Source: Mobula hypostoma
Lineage: Eukaryota
DNA: 64,000 nt
Assembly: GCF_963921235.1 (NCBI RefSeq)
Contig: NC_086097.1
Span: 103,728,001-103,792,000 of the forward strand
Direction of reading: 5' to 3'
Numbering within the stretch: the stretch's first letter is position 1; each line of letters opens with the position of its first letter. Shown here piece after piece: positions 32,914 through 45,668 of this stretch. A program made the position numbers and the translations under genes. The notes beneath the pieces are model-generated. The model had not been told where the DNA came from. It searched no databases and saw nothing but the letters and a program-made list of their open reading frames with translations.

Positions 32914-35784
32914 AAATAAATGATGTTAAAAGTTCAAGCAAATCCGCTAATAGAAAGGTTGTGAGTGGTGGTAAAAATCTTCTGAGGTGTATATATTTCA
33001 ATGCTAGGAGTATTGCGGGGAAGGCGGATGAGTTGAGGGCGTTGATTGACACGTGGAATTATGACGTTATAGCAATTAGTGAAACTTGGCTACAGGAGGG
33101 GCAGGACTGGCAGCTTAATATTCCAGGGTTCCGATGTTTCAATGTGATCGAGGCAGAGGCATGAAAGGCGGGGGAGTAGCATTGCTTGTTAGGGAAAATA
33201 TCACAGCAGTGCTCAAGCAGGACAGATTAGAGGGCTTGTCTACTGAGTCCTTATGGGTGGAGCTGAGAAACAGGAAAGGTATGGCCACATTAGTGGGATT
33301 GTATTACAGACCACCCAATAGTCAACGAGAATTGGAAGAGCAAATCTGCAGAGAGATAGCAGGCAACTGCAGGAAACATAAAGTTGTGGTGGTAGGGGAT
33401 TTTAATTTTCTATATATTGATTGGGACTCCCATACTGTTAGGGGTCTAGATGGTTTACAGTTTGTAAAATGTGTTCAGGAAAGTTTTCTAAATCAATATA
33501 TAGAGGGACCAGCTAGAGGGGATGCAATATTGGTTCTCCTATTAGGAAACGAGTTAGAACAAGTGACGGAAGTCTGTGTAGGGGAGCACTTTGGTTCCAG
33601 TGATCATAACACCATTAGTTTCAACTTGATCATGGACAAGGATAGATCTGGTCCTAGGGTTGAGGTTCTTAACTGGAAGAAGGTCAAATTTGAAGAAATG
33701 AGAAAGGATCTAAAAAGCGTGGATTGGGACAGGTTGTTCTCTGGCAGGGATGTGATCGGTAGGTGGGAAGCCTTCAAAGCAGAAATTTTGAGAGTGCAGA
33801 ATTTGTATGTTCCTGTCAGGATTAAAGGCAAGGTGAATAGGAATAAGGAACCTTGGTTCTCAAGGGATATTGCAACTCTGATAAAGAAGAAGAGGGAGTT
33901 GTATGACATGTATAGGAAGCAGGGAGTAAATAAGGTGCTTGAGGAGTATAAGAAGTGCAAGAAAATACTTAAAGAAATCAGGAGGGCTAAAAGAGGACAT
34001 GACGTTGCCTTGGCAGTCAAAGTGAAGGATAATCCAAAGAGCTTTTACAGGTATATTAAGAACAAAAGGATTGTAAAGGATAAAATTGGTCCTCTTGAAG
34101 ATCAGAGTGGTCGGCTATGTGCGGAACCAAAGGAAATGGGGGCGATTTTAAATAGGTTTTTTGCATCTGTATTTACTAAGGAAACTGGCATGAAGTCTAT
34201 GGAATTAAGGGAAACAAGTAGTGAGATCATGGAAACTGTACAGATCGAAAAGGAGGTGGTCCTTGCTGTCTTGAGGAAAATTAAAGTGGATAAATCCCTG
34301 GGACCTGCCAGGGTGTTCCCTCGGACCTTGAAGGAGACTAGTGTTGAAATTGCAGGGGCCCTGGCAGAAATATTTAAAATGTCGCTGTCTGCAGGTGAGG
34401 TGCCGGAGGATTGGAGAGTGGCTCATGTTGTTCCGTTGTTTAAAAAAGGATCGAAAAGTAATCCAGGAAATTACAGGCCAGTAAGTTTAACGTCAGTAGT
34501 AGGTAAGTTATTGGAGGGAGTACTAAGAGACAGAAGCTACAAGCGTTTGGATAGACAGGGACTTATTAGGGAGAGTCAACATGGCTTTGTGCGTGGTAGG
34601 TCATGTTTGACCAATCTATTGGAGTTTTTCGAGGAGGTTACCAGGAAAGTGGATGAAGGTAAGGCAGTGGATATTGTCTACATGGACTTCAGTAAGGCCT
34701 TTGACAAGGTCCCGCATGGGAGGTTAGTTAGGAAAATTCAGTCACTAGGTATACATGGAGAGGTGGTAAATTGGATCAGACATTGGCTCGATGGAAGAAG
34801 CCAAAGAGTGGTAGTAGAGAATTGCTTCTCCTAGTGAAGGCCTGTGACTACTGGTGTGCCACAGGGATCAGTGCTGGGTCCATTGTTATTTGTCATCTAT
34901 ATCAATATCTGGATGATAATGTGGTAAATTGGATCAGCAAATTTGCTGATGATACAAAGATTGGAGGTGTAGTAGACAGTGAGGAAGGTTTTCAGAGCCT
35001 GCAGAGGGACTTGGACCAGCTGGAAAAATGGGCTGAAAAATGGCAGATGGAGTTTAATACAGACAAGTGTGAGGTATTGCACATTGGAAGGACAAACCAA
35101 GGTAGAACATACAGGGTTAATGGTAAGGCACTGAAGAGTGCAGTGGAACAGAGGGATCTGGGAATACAGATACAAAATTCCCTAAAAGTAGCATCACAGG
35201 TAGATAGGGTTGTAAAGAGAGCTTTTGGTACACTGGCCTTTATTAATCAAAGTATTGAGTATAAGAGCTGGAATGTTATGATGAGGTTGTATAAGGCATT
35301 GGTGAGGCCAAATCTGGAGTATCGTGTTCAGTTTTGGTCACCAAAAACAGGAAGGATATTAATAAGGTTAAAAGAGTGCAGAGAAGGTTTACAAGGATGT
35401 TGCTGGGACTTGAGAAACTCAGCTACAGAGAAGGGTTGAATAGGTTAGGACTTTATTCCCTGGAGCGTAGAAGAATGAGGGGAGATTTGATAGAGGTATA
35501 TAAAATTATGATGGGTATAGATAGAGTGAATGCAAGCAGGCTTTTTCCACTGAGGCAAGGGGAGAAAAAAAACCAGAGGACATGGGTTAAGGGTGAGGGG
35601 GGAAAAGTTTAAAGGGAACATTGGGGGGGGCTTCTTCACACAGAGAGTGGTGGGAGTATGGAATGAGCTGCCAGACGAGGTGGTAAATGCGGGTTCTTTT
35701 TTAACATTTAAGAATAAATTGGACAGATACATGGATGGGAGGTGTATGGAGGGATATGGTCCGTGTGCAGGTGAGTGGGACTAG
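32850..35784 (+). pseudogene. CR1 ORF2p: APE endonuclease and reverse transcriptase, with several frameshifts and stops
   Basis: YFNARS, ISETWL, VGDFN, SDHN, YMDFSKAFDKVPH, GVPQGSVLGP, KFADDTK; breaks near 33140, 34832-34837, 34905, 35345 and 35570. Confidence 0.9.
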
Positions 35785-37339
35785 GCAGAAAATGGTTCGG
35801 CACAGCCAAGAAGGGCCAAAGGGCCTGTTTCTGTGCTGTAGTTTCTATGGTTTCTAAAAAGACCAATATCCAATGTGCAAGGAAAGAGAAAAAACACAAA
35901 TCAGGCAAACATTAGAAGCAAGCACCAGCATTGCGAACCACATTGAGTCTATAGATCCTGAATCCCCAGAACAGCCCAAAGCCTCGGTCTCAATTCATCA
36001 TACAGCGGGGCAAATCGCTGGGAAGCTCGCAGACACAAAGCTCATAACGGCAGCAGCAGCCTCAGCGTCGCGGCGGGAGGAGAGAACAAATGAAATCGGC
36101 CTGACTCTCACCTCTGGTGCCAACACCCTGCCCTTCCAGTCTATCTGGGCTGTTGTTAAAATTGTCCAAACACCAGATCATGCGTTGCATCAAGACCTGG
36201 GCCCCGCTGCAGCAAAACGCTCCAGGCGTAAACCTTGCCACTCAGTGATTTGCTCTGGGCATTGACCTCACCGCCTAGCCCAAGGCCACTTTTGACCTCT
36301 CCAAATTAGCTCAGCACATAGAGCAATTCAACCTCAGACCCGGTTTAGGTGGACTGGCATCAAAACTCCTCTGCCTTGACAGTGATACCATCTCCATCTG
36401 TGACCCCATCTCGAGCATGTCACACTCGGATTTTGCAACACACCAGCACGGCTCATCCCTCGAGTCAGCTTCACCTCCACCCGCCTCTTCATTGTTTGCA
36501 GTGATAGTTTACCACTCCTTACTTCACAAAAGATGTTATTAATGATGTTTATAGTTGTATTTCTTGACCTTTGAACTACCAGTAACCTGTCGCTGAACTT
36601 CAGTAGTGTCATCTTAAAGCAGATGTGACATGTGATAACTGCAATTCCAATTCTCAAACAATATAGGATTTATTGTTCACAACTGAATAGTCTCACAGAA
36701 GTAAAAAAAAAAATTATTTAAGTTCTCTGAGAAATTTAAATAATTGTTTCAAAATACTTAAAAAATGTTTTTTGGGATATAATTGTTTTCTTTCAAAGGG
36801 GACCAAAGGAAAACTTAACAGAAGCTTCAAGTACAAATGGCCTTGACACGATGAATGAGAACTTGGCAGAAAAGTAATTAAATTCATGACCTAGGTTTCA
36901 GGGTAAGCAATAGAAGGATTACAGAGAGTTGAGAAACTATGATTTCACTGAATAAACAGATGAGCAGTGGAAGTCTCTCCCTAAAATCAGGATGTGGAGA
37001 AGGTCCTGTGAATCCTCAGGTCACTTAAAACGTGAATGACCACAATCAAGTTGTACATTGGGCACTAGAAATTAAATCTGAGTGAAAAGATTTTTATTAT
37101 GGGCAGCAGATTCACCAATAGCCAATTTACTAACAATTAAATGCTATTAATGTGTTGTTACTATTGTATTCAAAGTAGTACAATAGTGATACTCATTAAA
37201 AGTGAAAAGGGCCAGTCAAGTCATCCTGCACACCTGAGATCAAGAGGAGTCATTGGCAAGTTCCTTGTGGGAGTGATATTTGAAAAAGAAAACAGTGCCT
37301 GTTGGATCCTGCACGCCTCAGACCACAGGGTAATTAGGC

Positions 37340-37860
37340 ACTTCAAGTTTATTGTCATACAACCATATACATGTATACCACCAAATGAAACTACATCCCT
37401 CTGGACCAAGGTGCACAACACAGTACATACAACTCACACACAAAGTAATATCATCACAAATAAAATTTAAAAAGTTAAGATTGACAACAGAAGTTAAAAT
37501 ATAAACAGTATAATGCCATTGACACATCATACGCGATGAGACCTGGGCAGTAGGAAGGAGGTCAGTATTTTTACAGCCTGAGGAAGAAGCTGCTTCCCAT
37601 CCTAACATTCCTTGTCCTACTGCTACAGTACTTCCTGTCTTATGGTGCGGGGGGGGGGGGTCAAAGAGATTGTTGGACAGATGTGAGGTATCCTTGACAA
37701 TGCCAAGGACTTTGCGTACAAAGTGCTACTTATAAATATCTCAGATGGGTGGAAGAGATGATCCTCTCAACAGTCCTCAATCCTTTGTAGGATCTTTTTT
37801 GTCAGATGTCCAGCAATTCCCATATCAGACAGTGATGCAGCTGGTCAGGACACTCCTTTA
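37340..37860 (-). mobile_element. Rex1/Babar 3' fragment
   Basis: Similar to 24350-24920 and 54760-55500. Confidence 0.6.
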
Positions 37861-37869
37861 AAGTCCATG

Positions 37870-38420
37870 GCAAGGGCCAATAAAAAGAAGCCAGGTTTAA
37901 GCAGAGTGGCCTATGTTAGATTGGAGGTATTGAGATTTTGTCCCAAAGAGGCAGAGGCAATGTGTCTGTTAGTGCAGAGTACATAGAGAGTGCAGTGAGA
38001 AAGGGCCCCGGAGTCAGTGGCATCTTCTTCATACCAGATATGTAAATTCTAGGAGACCACTAGTCTCCCTGATAATATCTGCATGAGGTTCATCCAGATG
38101 CAGCTCCTTCTAGATCATTTTAGAGAACTGGAGCTACAGCTGGATGACCTACAGCTCATATGACAGAACAAGGAAGAGACAGATAAGATCTAATGGGAGC
38201 CAGTCATGCCAAGTTGCAAGAGGCAGGCAGCTGGGTGACTGCAGAGTACCACTTTCGCTGGTCCCCTCAATAACAAGTATATCACTTTGGATACTGTTGG
38301 GGGAATGATCTATCAGGGAAAAGCTGCAGCAACCAGATCTCTGGCACTGAGTCTGGCTCTGTGGTTCAGCAGGGAAGTGGGGGGAAGAAGACTGCAATAC
38401 CTGTAGGGGCTTCAACAGAT
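37870..38420 (+). mobile_element. Decayed CR1 ORF1 fragment
   Basis: Matches 31940-32380 (gaactggagctacagctggatgacct, cccctcaataacaagtatatcactttggatactgttggggg). Confidence 0.75.
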
Positions 38421-39219
38421 AGAGGATCTTGAAGCACCCATTTAGACTGCAAATCTTGAAGCTGTCAGAGACAAGATGAAAGGTTTCACCAGGACATTGT
38501 GGTCATGGAGAAACTGTATCAGGGCAACTGGAATCCATCAATGCTGGCTGATTATTGCTGGACACCTAAGTAAGAAGCTTCAGATACAGAGTACAAATAA
38601 GACTTATCAACAAAACATTATCTTAGGTGAACTATTGCAAAGCATGGGCACCCTTTTGCAATTAAACATACAGTATTATATTCAGTGAAAGTTAATTTCT
38701 TGTTTCTCAAAATTATTTTTGTGCTCAGCTTCAAGCGATCTATCATAAACAAAAAAATAAGGAAGCAACACTTTTGAAAAAATTTATTGTCCAGTATTTG
38801 AATGGCATCTGAATCTAAAGCCACTTTAGCAAAATGGTGAGGTTCTTCAGTGAGGGACTCGAGTGTGAAGTCTGCCAATAGTCTATTATCTCAGCTGTGT
38901 ACAAATTGCAGATACTGTAATAATCAATCTTACACTAATATTAGCAAGTTAAAACTATGATTATATATTTATAGGAGACATTTAGCTTCATTATTAGGAA
39001 ATGACTTCATCATACTATTAAGAGTTAAATTCTACATTGTAGTCTGGGATTTAAGTTAGCAATTTTCAACGCTTCCGTTCTTTCCTATTCAAAACATCCT
39101 GAAAAACAAAGGTTTATAAAATTGAAGAGGAAGAAAGAGAACAATAACAATCATGTCCAACATATGAGTCGTTAGAATGAGCTGCTCGACACCAGATTTT
39201 TGTACACTTTACACTACAC

Positions 39220-40320
39220 ATGCCTAGATGAGGCACCTGGCCAAGTACTAAGACCTGCGCTAATCAAGTGGTCTTTATCCTGATCTTTAAAGATCTCGTT
39301 GATCTTTAACCTCTCACTTGGGCAGCCTGAGGTACCCACCTGCTTCAAGCAGGCTTCAATTATACCGGTGCCTAACCCTAACGTGCCTTAATGACTATTG
39401 TCCAGTGGTACTTGTATCTACTGTGATTGAAGTGCTTTGAGAGGTTGGTAATGAAACTGAGAAATGACTTGCACCTGCTCCAATTGCCTACCTGCACAAC
39501 AGGTCCATAGCAGATGCTATTACAGTGACTTTTCACTCAACTCTGAAACATCTGGACAGCAAAGATGCATACATCAGAATTCTGTTTGTTGACTAAAGTT
39601 CAGCATTCAATACCATCATCCCCTCAAAGCCAATCAATAAGCTTCAAGATGGTGGACGTGAGGTGGAGAGGGACAGTAACTTTAAATTCCTCGATGTTAT
39701 CATTTCAGAGGAGTTGTCCTGGGTGCAGCAGGCAAATGTAATTACAAAGAAAGCGCGGCAGTGCCTCTACTTCCATAGTTTCTGAAGATTTGGCATATCA
39801 CATAAAACTTTGACAAACTTCTACAGATGTGTATTGGAGAGTATATTGACTGGCTGCATCACAGCCTGGTCTGGAAACCCCAATGCCCTTGAATGGATAA
39901 ATCCTAGAAAAAATAATGGATAAGGCTCAGTCCATCACGGGTCAAGCTCTCCACACCACTGAGCACATCTACACGGTGCGTCATTGCAGGAAAGCTGCAT
40001 CTATCATCAGGGACCCCACCACACAGGTCATGCTTTGTTCTTGCTGCTGTCATCAGGAAGGTGGTAAAAGAGCCTCAGGACTCATACCACCAGGTTCAGA
40101 AACAGTTACCCTTCAACCAGAGAGCTCTTGAACCAAAGGGGATAACTTTATTTGTCCCATCACTGAATTGCTGTCACAACCTATGGACTCACTTTCAAAG
40201 ACTCTTCATCTCATATTCTCGATACTTATTGCTTCCTTATTATTTCCTTTTTTTCTTTCTTTTTATATTTGCACAGTTTGTTGTCTTTTCCACACTGGTT
40301 GTCCACCCTGTTTGTGCAGT
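39220..40320 (+). mobile_element. Rex1/Babar LINE, internally deleted
   Basis: aagtgctttgagaggttgg, cagcattcaataccatcatcccctc and tgcatcacagcctgg segments similar to 1590-2690. Confidence 0.75.
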
Positions 40321-41891
40321 CTTTCTCACCGGTGCTGAGCCCTCTGGCTCCCCTTCCTCCATCACTACTCCCCAACTCTGGGTCTCTCAGACATCCTTGT
40401 CACTTCTTGGACCACTTGGGCCTCAGAGCTTTCATCTTCTTTCCACTCTACTGTCCCTGAACAACCCCAACCCCCTCTTCTCTCTTGATGCCTCCAGCTC
40501 TCCAACCACCACCCCCCCCCCCGATTCCAACTCTAATCCCTGCCATTTATTCACCATTCCCTCTGAGCTTACCTTCTGTGAGACAGAACATTCTGTCCGC
40601 AGCTAGGGCCTTCCTCTCATCCCCCTTCGCTAACACCTCAGCGAGATCCATGCCTTCCAGGATATCGGGCTCTTATTCTGTCACCTTCAGCTCAGAGCCC
40701 ATTTATTTGGCAAGAATTCACCAGTTTAAACTATAAAGTACATTAGCAACCTTGAAATTCATCTCTTTACAGGCAGCCACAAAACAAAGAAACCCAAAAG
40801 AACCCATTTAAAGATGACCGTCAAATACCCAAATGTACAGAAAAACAATTGTGCAAACAACAAAAGCCAGCAAACAACTGAAGTTCACGAAAGTGAGTCC
40901 TCTCTCCTCTTCAAGCTTTACCCCTTCTGAACCCACTCCTCTCCAATCCCAACCTCACCTGCAGGTAAAGGGAGTTACTGTTGTCGTCTGACAGACTGAG
41001 CTCTACCTTGTTGAGGCAGGTGGCAACTCTCAGACCATTTTACTTACCCCTTGAAAAGGACCCCACTCAGGACCATTACACCATTGTCTCCTGCACCATC
41101 ACCCTCAGTTCCCTTACCCACACTGCTCGTTTGTACCTCCTATCCAAGATGCCCAAACCTGACTGTCTGGATAGGTCCATTGTTTCTGCCCGCTCCTGCC
41201 CAACTGAACTCTGGTCCACATACCTCAACTCCATTCTATATCTCCCCATCTATATCTACAACACTTCACATGCCCTGGATCTCAACAACTTTCAATTCTC
41301 TGGCGTGATCGCCTCATTTTCACCATGCATGTCCAGTTCCTATACACTTCTATCCCCCATCAAAGCCTTAAAGTACTTTCTCAACAATAGGCCAGTTTCC
41401 CTCCACCACCACCCTCTTCCATCTGGTGGAACTGGTCTTCATACTCAACAATATCTCTTTCAGTTCCTCCCATTTTCCCCAAGCTCAAGGTGTAGCTATG
41501 GGCACCATAATGGGCCCCAGCTCCTGCTTTTCACTGGCTATGTGGAACAGTCTATGTTTCAAGCCTTCCCTGGGAATACTCCCCAACTCTTTCTGTGAGA
41601 CATTGATGACTGCACTGCTGTACATGCAGCTAAATGAGCTCGCCGATTTCATCAACTTTGTCTCTAACTTCCACCCTGCCCTTGGTTCATTACTGACACC
41701 TCTCACCTTTCTCGATATCTGTCTCTAATTTTGTACACAAACTGCATCTCTGTCCCTTTTATATAACAACAAATTTCATGATATATGCCAGTGATATTAA
41801 ACTGGTTCTGAAACCTACGACTTCCACGGCTATCTTGACTATACTTCTTCCCATCCTATCTCTTGTATATAAAAAAACACCAATTCCTTTT

Positions 41892-42049
41892 ACTCACTCT
41901 TCCTTCAGTTAGTCCTGACGAAGGGTCTCGGCCTGAAACGTCGACTGCGCTTCTTCCTATAGATGCTGCCTGGCCTGCTGCGTTTACCAGCAACTTTGAT
42001 GTATGTTGCTTGAATTTCCAGCATCTGCAGAATTCCTGTTGTTTGCGTT
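41892..42049 (+). mobile_element. Young Penelope-derived terminal fragment, no inverted arm
   Basis: 12-bp TSD CCAATTCCTTTT at 41880-41891 and 42050-42061. Confidence 0.82.
41911..41946 (+). ncRNA. Minimal type I hammerhead ribozyme motif
   Basis: AGTC-CTGACGA-AGGGTCTCGGCCT-GAAAC-GTC-GACT: stem I AGUC/GACU, intact core, GUC cleavage triplet, no stem III loop. Confidence 0.7.
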
Positions 42050-42279
42050 CCAATTCCTTTTTCCTCAGTTCCTTCATCTCTGCCATATCTGTTCCTAGGA
42101 CAAAGTTTTCCTTTCTAGAACATCAGAGATGTCCTCAAAGAATGGGGTTTCCTCTTCCTCCACCATTGACACTGCTTTCACATGCATCATCTCCATTTTC
42201 CAGACTCCCGCCCTCACTCCATCTTCCCATTGCCTTACTGGGATAGAGTTCCTCTTGTCCTCACTTGGATCTACTGCTC

Positions 42280-43160
42280 TTTAGATCCCACCGCTCTACT
42301 CTCTCTACACCCATGACTGTGTGGCTGGCTAGGGAAAGCTCATATGCCATCTGTAAATTTGCTAATGATACAATCATTGTTGACAAAATTTCAGACGATG
42401 GTACAAGGGTGTACAGGAGCAAGGTATACCAGTTAGTCGAGTGGTGTTGCAGCAGCAACCTTGCATTCAATGTCATCAAGACCAAAGAGCTGATTGTGGA
42501 CTTCTGGAAGGGTTAGACGAGGGAACACAAACCAATCCTCATAGGGGGGTCAGAAGTGGAGAGAGTGAGAGGACCTAACCTGGGCGCAACATATTGATGC
42601 AGCTATAAAGAAGGTAAGACAGTGGCTATATTTCATTAGATGATTTGTTTTAGTTGGCAAACCAAATCTCCTCAAACTTCTACAAATTCTACGTGAAGAG
42701 CATTCTGACAGACTGCATCACCATCTGACATGGGTGAGGGGGTGGGGAGAACTACTGCACAAGATCAAAGTTGCAGAAACTTGTAAAATTAGTCAGCTCC
42801 ATAATGGGTACTAGCCTCTAAGGAGTGGTGCCTTAGGAAGGCTGCATCCATCATCAAGGATCCCCACCACCCAGGACATGCCCTCTTTCCACTGTAACCA
42901 TCGGGAAGGAGGTTCAGAAACCTGAAGGCACACAGTTAGCAATTCAGGAACAGATTCATACCCTCTGCCATTCGATTTCTAAATGGACATTGAACACTAC
43001 CTCACTACTTTTTTTAAATCCTGGGTTTTTTTGCACTACTTATTTTAAATTAACTATTCAATAGAATATATATATATATATATAAATAAATACTGCAATT
43101 CAGTTTTTTATTTATCATGTATTTCATTGTACAGCTGCCATAGTTAACAAATGCCATGAT
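42280..43160 (+). mobile_element. Rex1/Babar 3' portion
   Basis: ICKFANDTIIV..SNLAFNVIKTKELIVDF (ORF 42265-42516); tail ends ctgattctga. Confidence 0.78.
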
Positions 43161-44363
43161 ATTATATCTGATTCTGACCTACCACCTGATGAACCTCCAC
43201 ATCCGGCACATCATTCTCTGCAACTTATGCCAATTTCAATGGGATCCTCCAACCAAACACATCATTACCTGCGCCCCCCCCCACACACACACCTTTTGCT
43301 CTCCACAGGGATCATTCCCTCCATGATTCCTTTGTCCAATCATCCCTCCCCACTAATCTCCTTCCTGGTACTTACCCCTGCAAGCAGCCTAAATGCTACA
43401 CCTATCCATTCAGCTCATTCCTCACATCCATTCAGGGCCTCAAACAATCCTTCCAGGTGGGGTAACACTTCACTCAACCTGCACATGAACTGTCTGTCTC
43501 ACTGTCATCAGCATCCATGCCAGGACCAGACTCAAAAACAGTTAGTTCCCCCAAGCCTTTGGGCGGATCAGCACCTCCACCCATGAGTCCATCCCACCAC
43601 AGCTTTCTACTTCTTCATTTCCTGTCAGAGTCACCTTATGTACAGGTACTTCTGTAGCTGGTGTCACTTTATGTACATATAGTCTATAAAATTAATCTAA
43701 TGTATTTATATTTATTATGTTTTTATTGCGCTGTTTTTGCTTATTGTGTTTTTTTGGGTGCATCAGATCTGGAGTAACAATTATTTTGTTCTTGTTTAAA
43801 CTTGTGTATTGAAGAATGACAAGAAACAATCCTGAATCTTGAATTTGTTTGGCTTGTTCACACCAGCTGAAATTTCAGTTGGCACATGGTTATCCTTGTA
43901 CGGTAACGAAAGAATTTCCAAGTTCTATTGTAAGACACAACTAGACATATATAGGACACATGCTAAATTAAACCGAATAGACAGATGGCCGCTGCTAAAA
44001 GCGCAGTTGCTAAAAATTGCCAGTGCAATAAGAACCAAAAAGGAGACACCCTTCACTCCACCCCTCGAGCCTGCACAGTTAGTTGTTAAGACCCTGACTA
44101 AATTTGCAAAATAGTTAAAAACTGACAGTGACTATTCCAAACTTGAAAGACTTGAAGGTAATTATACAATTATACCAGAAATCATTCTGCTTTGCTGTAT
44201 TCCCAGTGTATTAACTCTAGCCATTTTCTCTCAAGCACATAAGCACAGTGACCATTATATGGGGAAAACAACATATCAAAGGTAGTAGTAATAGGGTGGA
44301 ATAATATTCCGATAATCTGCGATCCAATGATTCAGAAATCCCAATGACGTGGCAGCTCATGTT

Positions 44364-45668
44364 ACAAACACAAGAAAATCTGTAGATGCTGTAAATCCAA
44401 AGCAACAAAGTGCTGGAGGAACTCAGCAGACCAGGCAGCATCGATGGAAAAGAGTAAACAGTCAACCTTTCCAGCAGATACCCTTCCTCAGGACTGGAAA
44501 GGAAGGGGAGAAGTCGGAGTAAGAAGGTGGTGGGAGGGAGGAAGTAGTACAATATGGTTGGTGACAGGTGCAACCAGGGGAGGGGTAAAGAACTGGGGTG
44601 TTGATTGGCGAAAGAGATATAGGGCTGAAGGGGAATCTGATATGATGAAGGCCTTGGAAGAAAGGGAAGGGGAAGGAGCACCAGAGGGGGGTGATGGGCA
44701 GGTAAGGAGTAAGGTGAGAGAGAAACAGGAATCTGACATCTGCCCTCACAATCACACTAAGGATAGGTTCTTGTCCTCACCTACCACCCCACTAGCCTTC
44801 GCATCAAGCACATAATTCTCCACCATCTCCAATAGGATCCCTTCCCTCCCCCTCCCCACAATGCTTTCTGCAGGGATCGCTCCCTATGCGACTCTCTTAT
44901 CCACATATCCCTCCCCACTGATTTCCCTCCTGATATTTATCCTTGCAAGTAGAACAAGTGCCACATCTGCTCCTACCCTTCCTCCCTCACTACCATTCAG
45001 GGCCCCAAACAGTCCTTCCAGCTGAGGCAACACCTCATCTGTGAGTCTGTTGGGATCATATACTGTATCTGGTGCTCCCAGTGTGACCTCCTGTGTGGAC
45101 CCGGCATAGATTGGGAGACTGCACCGCCAAGTACCTTCACTCTGTCCAACACAAAAAGTGGACTCCGTTTCAGTTCTATTTCCATTCAGACATGCCAGGA
45201 TGAGGCCACACTCAGGTTGGAGGTGCAACACCTCAGATTCCATTTGAGTAGCCCCCGACCTGATCGCATGAACATTGATTTCTTGATCTACTAGTAATGC
45301 CCCCATTCCTCTCCTTCACCATTCCCCATTCCTGTTTCTCTCTCTTACCTAATCTACCCATCTCCTCCCTCTGGTCCTTCCCCCCTTCCCTTTCTTCCAT
45401 GGTCTCCTGTCCTCTCCTATCAGATTTCCCCTTCTCCAGCCCTTTATCTCCTTCACCAATCAACTTCCCAGCCCTTTATGTCACTCTTCCCCCTCTCCCG
45501 GTTTCACCTATCACCTAATACTTCTTCCCCTCTCTCCACCTTCTTACCCTGACTTTTCTCCTTTCCTTCCAGTTGTGAAGAAAGGTCTCGACCCAAAGTG
45601 TCAATTATTTACACTTTTCCATAGATGCTACCTGGCCTGCTGAGTTTCTCCAGTATTTTGTGCATTGA
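44364..45668. mobile_element. Older Penelope-like insertion with GIY-YIG region and inverted terminal arms
   Basis: Minus-oriented terminal repeat 44364-~44730 and plus-oriented copy ending ~45668; CESVGIIYCIWC remnant near 45040-45075; degenerate TSD CAGCT(C/A)ATGTT at 44353-44363 and 45669-45679. Confidence 0.75.

Larger units (their letters stand above)
31650..35856 (+). mobile_element. Near full-length CR1 LINE (5' UTR, ORF1, ORF2, 3' UTR)
   Basis: CpG-rich 5' UTR, esterase ORF1, APE-RT ORF2, and a GTTTCTATGGTTTCTA tail; splits an older repeat whose sequence resumes at 35857. Confidence 0.92.
40325..43480 (+). mobile_element. Old Penelope-like element RT region, fragmented by nested insertions
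   Basis: TARLYLLSKMPKPD, QGVAMGTIMGPS (Penelope-type RT motif), DFINFVSNFHP, and HGYLDYTSSHP near 41825-41857; resumes after 43160. Confidence 0.7.

Noticed and set aside
43066..43085. (TA)n microsatellite
   Set aside because: Short simple repeat in a LINE 3' UTR.
43839..44114. 91-aa ORF and a 20-bp near-palindrome (43863-43882) in unique sequence
   Set aside because: TTG start, no recognisable domain or convincing splice pair; an isolated imperfect palindrome is expected by chance.
44455..45605. Hammerhead motifs in the older Penelope insertion
   Set aside because: Core nucleotides are mutated in both arms (~44460-44495 and ~45572-45603); the 4258-4285 copy also has GAAA changed to AAAA.
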